64,000 nucleotides of DNA from assembly GCF_001447785.1 (NCBI RefSeq), contig NW_015168659.1:186001-250000 (forward strand). Reading direction: 5' to 3'. The stretch comes from Gekko japonicus. Lineage: Eukaryota. This document shows, in pieces, positions 13,401-25,400 of this stretch. Numbering within the stretch: position 1 is the first letter of the stretch; each line of letters opens with the position of its first letter. A program made the position numbers and the translations under genes. The notes beneath the pieces are model-generated. The model did not search any database and was not told where the DNA came from. It saw only the letters and a list, made by a program, of their open reading frames with translations.

Positions 13401-16400
13401 TCTTTCTCCTTGCTGACATGCATGAGTAAAACCATGCCTATCCCAGCCTAATAATTTGACTAATTCAAATCTAAATCTAAATTTGTCACATGCCTTTGAA
13501 AGCCCCTTGAGTACAAAAGACCATTATATTAATTGCACTATGTTGCATGGTAATTATAAAAGCCATTCTTTTTTTCCCCTGCCTACAGCCTGAAGATTCC
13601 GGTAATTACACCTGTGTTGCTATCAACCATTATATTAATTGCACTATGTTGCATGATAATTATAAAATCCATTCTTTCCCCCCCCTGCCTACAGCCTGAA
13701 GATTCTGGTAATTACACCTGTGTTGCTACCAATGTTGCTGGCGAAGACAGCCACACTGTCCGTTTGACAGTCCACGTGCTCCCATCCTTTATTGAACTAC
13801 CTGGAGACATAGCTTTAAACACAGGAGAACGGCTTCACTTAACTTGTAAAGCAACTGGAATTCCTCTACCTAAAATAACATGGACCTTTAACAATAATAT
13901 TATCCCAGGTAAGCGAACTCCTGGAAACTAGTTTTTCAGCAAAGAATGCTTATAATGTGATTTTGACAACATTTCTGACAGTGTAATATGACAATAGCTG
14001 TTATTCTAGAATGATTGCATTTTTGCCATAGAATTGTTATGTGCCTTTTGGGAACTATGTTCTTTACTTGGTAGAGGGTATTACATTCCTGACCTAAATT
14101 GGATCAGCTTCTGTTTGGCAAAGGAAGCTGCAAACTTTTGAGTTATAAAGCACAGATCTTTAGTAGACATTGGAAAAGCGACATTGTTGGTTTCCTTAAA
14201 CCATTGTTTTACATGATGCCTGAACTTGAGCTAGTGTGTATACAATGATATATGTGATCAAAGGAACTCAAAATGTGTAGGGCAGTTAACAATTAATTTG
14301 CAACTTTTTAGTATGCAATCAGTGGACCAGTTCCTTTGTTCATCATTGATTCTGGAGTCGCACCACAGTCCCTGCCAAATCTTTAATGCCAATGGGCAGA
14401 GTGAGTAGATTTTGTAGGGGTAGACTTGTTGATGAAGGTGGGGGGGGAGAGGAGCAAGCACTCGGATAACTAGAGCAGCACTCCCTGTCCATTATAAAAC
14501 CTTCTTTTGACAAGCATGACAAAGAAATAACAGCAAATTCTCAAAGAACAATGAGTGATAATACAAAATGGGGGGTGCTATATGTTTTGTTTTGTTTTTT
14601 TGCCTGGGAGCATCTGAAAATAAACCTAAGTATCAAAGCCTTTTAAAACAGTTTGGACTAACTACTAAAAAATTAATATATCTAAATTTTAAACCACTGA
14701 ATATCTTGTTAACTCTTGCAGTCACAATATGGTCAAGTTTAGGTGCATCTTTGCCAGAAAGGAATTCAACAATTGCAGGATAACTAGCAAAAAAAATCCT
14801 AAACATAAAATACAGATCAAAACATCTTTATTAAGTTGTATGCTAATTTGCTGTTCACCCATGTAGAGGCACCTGCCTATATATATGAACTGTTAACTTC
14901 CATTTCAATGTATATGAGGAAGTGTGCATGCACATGAAAGCTCATATCTTGAATAATTTTTTGTTGGTCTTAAAGGTGCCACTTGACTCAAACGGAAGTA
15001 CAGTATGGCATAGAAAAGGTGTGCTTGACAGTGGCCTCCACTAAAGACCTTTAGCACAGAGTAGCATAGGAGGTGCTGTACATCCAGACCTGGGTATTTA
15101 TGATTGAAGCTGGCTTATGCTTTTATTTTCCTTTTTCTTCCCCCTTTTCTCCTTCTCCAGCACAATACGATGATGTAAATGGACTCAGTGAACTTGTTAT
15201 CAAAAGAGTGTCTAAAGAAGACTCTGGTACCTATGTGTGTACAGCAGAAAACACTGTTGGTTCTGCCAAGGCTCTAGGCTTTGTGTATGTTAAAGGTATG
15301 TATTACTGGTAAATTTGGGAATAATTTAATTGACTTTCAGTTTGGCATTGTATCTGACAACAATAAGGGGAAATATGTTGTCAAAGGCTTTCACGGCCGG
15401 AGTTCATTAGTTGCTGTAGATTTTCCAGGTTGTGTAGCCATGGTCTTGGCATTGTAGAACCTGACGTTTCGCCAGTAGCTGTGACTGGCATCCTCAGAGG
15501 TAAAACTTGAAACAAATTTTCTTCTGCAAAAACCAGGGTGTAGTTGGCCCCTATCAGCAGTAGGATTTGAAACGTCTTGGACAAATCAGTACTAAATTCA
15601 CATAAATTTTAAATTCTGTGGATTTCTTACATTCAAAATCGTTGAAAGGCTCAGAAATGCATAAAACCTGGAAGTGCATCCTGTCTGCGGGAGTAGTGTG
15701 CATTTATATACCATATCACCCTCCTTTCAGTGGCTCCTTTCACGATGATCCTCAAACAGTGATCCCCAGGTTTCTCAGACAGCCTTGTGGGTTGGGGGCT
15801 GCCATAAGAGAGTGAACTTGCCACCTCTTTCCATAAACACAACTTCACTGATAAAAGAGACAGGGTGGCAGTTTCACCCTGTTCTCTTCACTGCACCCCT
15901 AAACCTGTATGGCAGGTTTCCCAGGTTCTAAAAGGACTTCTAGGGGCAAGGGAACATCATGAAATCTCCATGTGAAGCACCTTCCACCTGTAGATAGCTG
16001 GATCCTAGAACAGGATTTTGTTTAAAAGGTGAGTCTTAACCCTGAAGTTGAAAATTCATGCCAGAATTTCAATTTTTGATAAAACATGAGTTTTAAATTA
16101 ACTTTCAAACATCTAGATTTGTCATTACTTTTTACTGTTTTCAATCTGAGTTGGTTTTTCTAGATGGCTTCATTTTTTTGTTGTTTGAATCCCGCTTCAT
16201 TTCTATCCAGTTGCTGAATCTTCCCTCTCCCCCTTCAGAGCCTCCTGTCTTCATGGGAGATTATCATTCCAGTCGGATTGAGCCTCTGGGCGGCAACGCT
16301 GTTCTCAACTGTGAAGTTAGAGGAGACCCACTTCCAACAATTCAGTGGAGCAAAAAAGGAGTTGCTATTCAGATAAACAATCGAATCCGACAACTCGCTA

Positions 16401-19400
16401 ATGGATCTCTTGCCATCTATGGCACAGTAGTAAGTCATTACTCAAAATCTGTACTGATGTGACATATGTGTAGTAATTGAATTAAATAATTACACTGGAT
16501 TTATCTATCACATCAGCATCCCACCCTTCATCCAGGTTGCTCAGGGGAGCTGCATAAATAGAACAACCCTATATTCATAAAAAAGAGACTATGGATTAAA
16601 AATAAATTATAGTTCTGTTCTTTGTAATTGGCATAACATCCCCTTTATTAATCTATCACTCCTACTAACAGCAAACCTGATGGTTCCATTCCTATCAGCA
16701 GGGCAGTGATATGGTGCCAAAGACAGACAACAGAGGGGATTCAACACACTTAAGCAACTTCCAAGATACACATAAAATGTTAGTTTGTTAAAAAATATTA
16801 GTAAATGGGGTATTAGTATATTAGAATATGGGGTTGCCATAAATTGGCTGCAACTTGACGGCACTTTCCACTACTTCTATGGCACATATAAACAGTGAGT
16901 GTTTCTGCAGCTGTTAATATAATGCAAACTCATTCTTATTCCCTGATGCATAGTACTTATTTCTGAGCCTCAGGTGCATGTATTGCAATGTACATTGGGA
17001 GTCAAATCTAGACTGATTACTCATCTTGTAATACGCTTGTTTTTTTCTTTAGAATGAAGATGCTGGAGAATATACATGTATAGCTTCAAATGATGCTGGT
17101 GTGGTAGAACACAGTGTGACCCTAACACTGCAGAGTGAGCCATAAAATTGTATTCTTAATATTGGGTGCTGTGATATTTACAGTTGGACATATTTACTGC
17201 ATGTCAAATTCAGAAGAAATGACTTGCCAGTGTCCATAGTGGGCTTCATAATCCAGGCTGGAACTACGTGTTATGTCAGCAAACATGGGTCATCAGCCCC
17301 GTGTTTCCCAAATACCAGAAATGTGGATGTAACCAGGGGTCATTCTGTAGAAAAAGAGGTGCAGGAGCTCATTGGCATAACTCATTAACATAACTCATTT
17401 GCATATGCCACACCCCCTGACATCACCGGAAGTGTGTCAGAAGGCAACACCCACCGCTCAGGCTCCACTGGACTGTTTTGGATTGCTAGGTATTTTGGGG
17501 GGGGAGAACGTGCAGATCTGTCCTCGCAGAGGAGGGAGAGCTTGTACCTTAATAAAACTTGGTCTTAAAGGTGCCACTGGACTGTTTTGGACTGGGGCCA
17601 GGGGGGGGCTCTGCAACTTACCTGGCTGCTTCTTGCTCTGACTGAGGGCTGCTGGGAGCAGGGGGTGGGGCTTGTTGCATGTGCTCCGTTCCCGTGCGCT
17701 CCTGCAGGAAATGACCCATGGATGTAACTACTGAACACTTTCATAGAAGCATAGAATCATATAGTTGGAAGGGGCCTCCAGGGTCATCTAGTCCAATCTC
17801 CTGCACAATGCAGGAAATTCACAAATATCTTCTCCCCACACATCCCCGGTGACCCCTGTTTCCTGCCACTTTCCCCCTACTTCTTGATTTCTTCCCCACT
17901 CCCCATGCCTGTCTTTTATATATCTACAATTGGGCCTTTTTGTCCAGGTAGGAATATAAAGTCACAGAGGCTTGTCAAAATTCAGAAACATTTCAGCTTT
18001 ATTTTTAGTTATTGCTCAATGCTTATGTATTACTGAGCATACCATGGGAGGAGTACATGAAAAAAAGGAAGAGCGCCTTTGCACTTATTGATTTATTGCC
18101 ATATTCAGCAAGCTGGGAACATTCTGTTTTTCTTAGGTGCGCCTGTTATTACAATTGAACCTGTAGAGACCATTGTTGATGCTGGAACCACAGTAGTCCT
18201 GAACTGCCAAGCGGCCGGAGAACCTTCTCCAACCATTGAATGGTCTCGCCAAGGCTGGCCTCTCCTCAGTCAGGACCGAATTATCACTTTGACTAATGGC
18301 TCCTTGCGTATTGCAGTTGTGCAGAAAGAGGACACTTCTGAATATGAATGCGTGGCTAGAAATCTCATGGGCTCCGTCCTTGTCAAAGTGCCTGTCATTG
18401 TTCAAGGTTGGTGCTGAGAGTTACGCCGCCTTTTCTTTTTGTCGGATGAGGAGTTCTTGGGTAACTCCAAATCTTGCATGCTATCAAGCAAAGTGGGGCC
18501 AATAAAGAGAGACCACATTTCCTATTTACATCTCTTGTGGTCTAGAACAGTAGTTTACAAACTGGGTTCCACAAGATGGTTGGTGTTGTGCTGCAAGAAA
18601 TAAATTCATTAAAAATTGAAGGCTCCCATCTTCTCTGCATGACTCACAGCTTTGCAATTGTCTTCTTCCAGTTAACATCCATTGGATGCAGATAATACTA
18701 TCACATCTCTGCATTAGATAGTGTTGGGTCATTCAATGTCTCCCAGTGCAGAGATGCAGAGATCCCAATGCAGAGATGCAGAGTGTATAGTTCTTACTTG
18801 TATGTACCATAAAACAAAACATTCTCAAGGGTAAGAATGAAGTGTGCCTCCAATTTTAATTCAAGAAAAAGTATACCTCACCTATCATAATTCTGAGAAA
18901 CATTACCTTGGAAGCCTGAATAGGTTAGTGGCTTTCTGCATTTTCAGGTATAGAACCCACAGATCTTCATCAATCATTTGTATTCCAGTATTCCCCTAAG
19001 AAGCACTGTTATTGCAATCCAGGAGGTAGCCCAGGTCAAGCCTGGTTGGGTTCAAAGATGACATCAAACAACTTCAAACCATTAAACCCGCCTTGCAATA
19101 TGGGACCCCTCTTCAGTTTTTTCTTTACATCATGTATCCATCTTTTTCTTCTTTTTTCTTTCTCCTTCTCTAAACATGAACAAAGAAAATCCATCACTGT
19201 TGTGACCAGGGGTCGTTTTGTAGAAAAAGAGCTAGGGGAACTCATTAGCATAACTCATTAGCATATGCCACACCCCCTGACATCACCGGAAGTGTGTCAT
19301 AAGGCCACACCCCCTGACATCACCGGAAATGTGTCATAAGGCCACACACCCCGCCCCCAACGGTCCCGGCCACCGCCGCCAGCCTTGCAGCTCCACTGCC

Positions 19401-22400
19401 AAGCCCCATGAGGGGCCCGGCGGTGGACCTGCAAGGCCGGCGGGAGTGCAAGGAAGCCCCGCGAAGGCCCTCCCTGGCCCCAGGCAGGCAGGGGTGGGGA
19501 GAGGCAGGGAGGAAGCAACTTACCCTCCCTCTTCTCCTGCCTCCTCCTGGCTGAATGAGGGCCGGAAGCGGGGCGGCCGGAAGCAGGGGGCGGGGCTTCG
19601 TCATGTGCCCCGCCCCCCGTACCTCACCCAGGGGAACCGCGATCCCCCGCGATCCCCCCTGAAATGACCTCTGGTTGTGACTATTTTCCATTATATGTGG
19701 GTTGTGCTGAAATACAAAGTGTTTGAGACAAGACAGGCTTCCAGCCATGGCCTGGGGGCCCATTTGTTCCTGTGTGATAATTGGGGGTGGGGGCAAGGAT
19801 GATTTTGGACAATTGGGCCCAGCATTGGCTGTCAGCCAGTCAACTTTCAAGGAGTGTCCTGTGGCCTGCCCCAGAGGCCAGCCCATCACAGAATGAGAGG
19901 GGCACACAGACCTGTGGGCTTGTCTCCAGCGTGCAGCTCAGATTGCAATTCAGTGGTGGGTTGTGCTGAAATAAACAATGATTGAGACAATCAACACTTT
20001 TTTTCAATTTATCAATTCAGTTTTTAAAGAGGGAAGAAGAAACAAAATACACATGCCTGACTATGAGATGAACATTGACTAAAATAATTGCAATTATTCT
20101 GTTGCAGTGCATGGTGGCTATTCTGAATGGCTGGAATGGCAGCCATGTAGTGTAACGTGTGGCCAAGGTATTCAGAGGAGGATCCGTCTCTGTAACAATC
20201 CTCTCCCTGCAAATGGTGGACGACACTGTATGGCGACTGATTCTGAGATACGCAATTGTCAGAACAAACCCTGTCCAGGTAAATTGTATCAACTACATTT
20301 CAGTGCAATCCTAAAAACACTTTCATGGGCGTATATCCCGGTGAACAGAGTTGCATGGGGTTTTGAATAGACGTACTTATGATTGCTGTCTCTGTATAGT
20401 AATATCTAGCCTTTTGGGTACCAGAAACCCAGAAGTCAGTTTTGTTCATATGGGCCACAATTAAAGGGAATAATTAGTTACAATAATCTCAATCCCGGGC
20501 AGGGGCGGGGGTGTCCATACACTTCTATTGTAATACATTATGTGGTCTTTCTTAATGTTATATTTCTTTCTCTGTTTTGTTTAGTGGATGGCAACTGGTC
20601 AGGGTGGGGTTCCTGGGAAGAGTGTTCTAAAACCTGTGGCCAAGGTAACAAGACAAGAACCAGAACTTGTAGCAACCCTCCAGCCCAACATGGTGGAAGG
20701 TCATGTGATGGCAATGCTGTGGAGTCAATCATGTGTAACATTAGGCCTTGTCCAGGTGAGACAATAGAAAGATCTTAGTGATGGGCATGAACCAGCCTTC
20801 ATATGGATTCCCTTCTCTTCTTTAAGTTGTTGATCCTCTGTTTCTTTGCTGTGTCAGTCTTGATTACGTGCTACATTCCAAGCCAAAAACAAGTCCAAAG
20901 ACTAAGCGTTTGCATTTCTTTCTCTCAAAAAGAAATCAACTGGTATACATTACAAATTAGTGAATTACCCAAGGTCATAACAGAGAAGCCGTAGCAGGAA
21001 TAACAACGAGACTTGGTCCAGCTAAGTGACCTAATAATCAAATTGTATGTTTCTTTTGTGTTCTGCCTCTTTTATGGAACACCACTTTATGGGTTTACTT
21101 GATTTCATAACTGCTTTATATACAAAATGTTCAGTTGACTCTAAATCATTAGATAAAAGCGAACAGAAACATCACTAAAACTAGCATTAAAAGTCAACTT
21201 TAAAGACCTATATTAAGAACCTGGCAGAGAAGAAAGGTCATAATTAAATGAATATAATAGGTACAGCTGCATGATTTCTCAGGGGATTCCAGAACTTTGG
21301 ACAACCATATAAAAAGCTTTGCTCCAAATAGATACCAAACTGGCATTTACCGGTGGAATTGTTGGAATACTAGACCTATAGAATTATTTTTTTTTCTCCA
21401 ACACTAAGCCAGAAGGGACAGTGTTTTGGACCAACTGATATTTCCATATTTTACTCAAAGGCAGCTCCATGTAGGGTGCATTACTTAAGTCAAATCTAGA
21501 AGTAGCCAAACCATAGGTGCCAGTGGCAAGCTCTGTTTCAATAATGGGTGGGACTGACAAATCAGCTGCAGCTGATGAAAGGCGGTCCTGATCACAGGCG
21601 TTATTTGAGATTCCAAAAGCACCCCACATATGGCAAACCTAATCTTCTGTGGAGCTTTTAGCGCCATTTAGAGTAGGCATTTCCCCAGACATCTGGTCTA
21701 CCACCACCATCAATTCTGCCTTGAGCATCATATGGGTGGCAAAGGTAGAAGGTAAACGTAATAAATACATAAACACAATTCCGTTTTCTCTGGAGTGAGG
21801 TTCAGATAATTTATGCTCATCTAATCCATTATAGTCTCCAAATTCAAGTTTGCTTTGTGTAAAGGTGGAGAGTGATGGGCAACGTTCATTAGTACAACCA
21901 CCACTCTCCACACACTAAGTAGGGAGGGGGTAGCTGGTATGCCTCAAGGAACCTGACTTGTCTCTGGGGCTTCTGGATGCTGATAAGAACATGAGAGAAG
22001 CCAATGTTGGATCAGGCCAACAGCCCATCTAGTCCAACACTCTGTCACACAGTGGCCAAAAATACCAGGTAAATCTGGACAAAGACGACCCGATCAGTAA
22101 ACAAGTATAAAGCCAACAGTCGTGATAGTCTGACCCACAAATCAAACAGTCATTAAGACTTATAAAGAATGCTATCTATGTATTACAATCTGAAGCACTA
22201 CAACATGATAAACAAATCATAAGAAAATCCTTGAACCAAGGTACATAATCAACGTCGTCTCTGGATTATATAACAACCATCAGGAGGTTCAGCANNNNNN
22301 NNNNNNNNNNNNNNNNNNNNNNNNNNNNNNNNNNNNNNNCCCCCCCAAGCAACAAGAATACAGAGCATCACTTGCCCCAGCCTGAGAGTTCTTGTCTATA

Positions 22401-25400
22401 CCTTGTGGCTAATAGCCACTGATGGACTTCTGCTCCATATGCTTATCTAATTCCGTCTTGAAGCTGTCCATGCTTGTAGCCGCCACCACCTCCTGTGGCA
22501 GTGAATTCCATGTGTTAATCACTCTTTGGGTGAAGAAGATTCTTCATCATAGCAGCAGAAAATTATATCTTACTTCTCAAGGGGTTCTGTACCAAACCAT
22601 ATGAGTTTCAGTATCCTTTCTCTGAAGAACCATGTAGCAAACTGCTGATTCAAAACATTAGATCGAACTGGTGCCATAATGTAGTTTTTTAAAAATTCAG
22701 TTTGAATAATGAGTTCTTAAGGGCCTCAGAAAGAAGCTGTTTCTGAAGCAACAGCTGAACTTTATTTATTAATTTATTACTTTCAATTTATATCCCGCCT
22801 ATGGCGGGGCAAACTGGCTCAAGGCGGCGTACACAGGTAAAATGCGATAAAACAATAAATACAATAAAATTCACATAAACAACAATTTACATAAAGTGCT
22901 AATAATACTGTTAACGGCGGTGACTATACATGGTCCAATGAAGAGAGGCAATATCCAACGATGAATGTAGTATGTTCAGTTTCCGATGTCTCATTCATCA
23001 GTGGCGGCTCCTATTTGAAGGCCTGGTGGAAGAGCTCCGTTTTACAGGCCCTGCGGAACTGTAAAAGGTCCCACAGGGCCCTTATGTCCTCCCTCTGGCC
23101 AGGGAGAGTCAGTGTTCTCTGGGGCACATATGGATTATTTTATTTATGGATATTATGAAGTGAACCTAAAAAAGGGACTGATTTGGCATGAATTTTATCG
23201 ACAATACATAGACTTTGGTGTCTAAGGAGTTTTCTAAGATCTAAGAATAGTATGTACTGAAAATCAGCTTCACTGTTTTTAGATACTTTAATCACAATGT
23301 CTTTTGTGTTTTCCAATTATTATTAAAAATCTATAAATACAATGGGTTGGATCCAAATTGCCATGAGTGGAGCCAGGTTCACAGAACAGGACTTTCCCAC
23401 CTCTCCCTCCTTCTGCAGTCCATGAAACACCCTTAAACTCTGCTCCCAGGGGTTAGGAGACTCCCCAAAGGAGCACGAGGGTGTGATTTTAATTATTTTA
23501 TGTTTTGTGGTTTTATCTTGTACATTGTGAGCCACCTTGAGCAGGTCTCTGAAGAGGTGACATATAAATATTTTAAATAAATAACCGTGGATCCACAGCA
23601 GGAAGGAAATGGGCAAAAATCATACATACATTCTCCACTAAAGGAAATTAAATTCTGCTAGTGTAAGTATCATTCTCTCAGCAATGAAACTCCTTGGGAT
23701 CCAACCCATTGTTTCTAAGAAAGAAAACAATGTTCTGTTTAGACTTGAAAATCTGTCTGTCTCCTAGTTAACGGCGCTTGGGGCTCTTGGCTTCCTTGGG
23801 GACCTTGCAGTGAGACATGTGGCAAAGGTACTCATACCAGACTAAGATTATGCAATAACCCACCTCCATCACTTGATGGCTCTTCCTGTGATGGACCTGA
23901 TTCACAGATGCAGGTTTGCAGTGAGCAAGACTGTCCTGGTAAGTTGCAAATTTCATGCATTGTTTATTTCTAGCACTCTGATTTTTCAAGAAAGAGTCTT
24001 CGGTTCATTTTAAAAGACTGTATAATATAAGGACATCCGTCCTCCGCTTTAAAGCACAGAAGGTTGTAAAGAAGACATACTCTCCTCACCTTCCATGCGT
24101 ATGCTTCCTACCATTAATGCACACATCCCATTGACAAGCCTCCTGTGCACAGAGATCTGTGTTCACAGAAGGGCTGCAAATGCTCAGTGGATCAGGCTGT
24201 TATATTTGTATGCAGTAGCACACCAACATCATACTTCAGATTAAAAAGAAAGGAAAATGGTTTGCTTTTGCTTAGAGAGGAACAGGTTTTCCATAAACTA
24301 TGAAGTATACTACCTGGAACAATCAAGTTTTTGAAAGTTCCTTCCTTTTATTTATAAAATCTGTGCTGATAGTATCTCAGGAAACCAAGTTAGGACCTTA
24401 ACTATATAACCATATGCAAATTTTACAGATCTTTATCTCTTTTACTACTGCATCACTGCCTATGATTAAAGACAGGAGGATAAAATAATCAAAACATGTA
24501 ACCCCTAAATTAAATGAAAAATTTCCTCCCCATTTGCTCAAAGAATTCTTGCTCAAAGCAAGAAAATAACGAGCAGCACCAGTCACAGGAGATTAAACAA
24601 CAGGGCCAAGGCTGATGGTGCAAAATCAGGTAAAAATATGTTTTATTACTCAGTTAAATTTCCAAAAATTCCCCTTGTGTTTCGCCAACAGGCTTCATCA
24701 GGGGAATGCATCTTGCAGTAGTTCTTCAAAAAGAGTAAAGCAAGACAGCCTTTAAAGTAAGACAGCTCAGAACAGCACCTCCCAGCCACACAGCTGTTTT
24801 TCGGGCTGTCTTCCGTGACTGCACAAGACAGCCCAAAACAGCTGAGTGGTGAGGAGCATTTCCCCACCACACAGCTGTTTTTCAGGCTTCCTACAAACCC
24901 CGTTGAAAGGGACTGTGGTTTGGGGGCCATGAACTACAAACTGGTTCAGTTCACGAACATACCTCCTGGTTCAGTTTGTGGTTCAGTTGTTGTTGGCCAC
25001 AAACTGAACTGCATTTCCCCAGTTTGTGCCCTTCCCTAGCTGTATTTTCCATACATTTCAAAAATTGTATAGTTCAGAAAAGCTCTAACTTGTGATTCTG
25101 CTGAATGCATAAATAGGTCCTAAAGAGCTGACTGTAACCTAGGTGTTTTTCAGCTCAAAGTGATTCTTTTACTACCATTGTGAGCTCTTCCTGAGAGTGT
25201 TATTTCACTGTTTGTATATGTATAGTATCTGTGCATGTACATTAGTGTAGAATACCCAGAGACATGTGCATCTGGTTCACCCATGCTTTTAATTGACTGA
25301 TAACTTGCTTGTGTGAATAACCCATCATCAACCAAACACACGGATGGAGCTTTCATGTCTTCCAATGAAACTTCAAATGTAATAAGTTTCAGTAGAATCA

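Noticed and set aside
13589-13601. 13-nt microexon in the duplicated acceptor (CCG|GTAATT donor)
   Set aside because: Frameshifting, and the same GTAATT lies unused within the real exon; unsupported without RNA data.
19320-19907. 195-aa minus-strand ORF and similar ORFs at 37607-38208 and 40904-41289
   Set aside because: Stop-poor reading frames inside GC-rich hAT MITE copies; no transposase or other recognisable domain.
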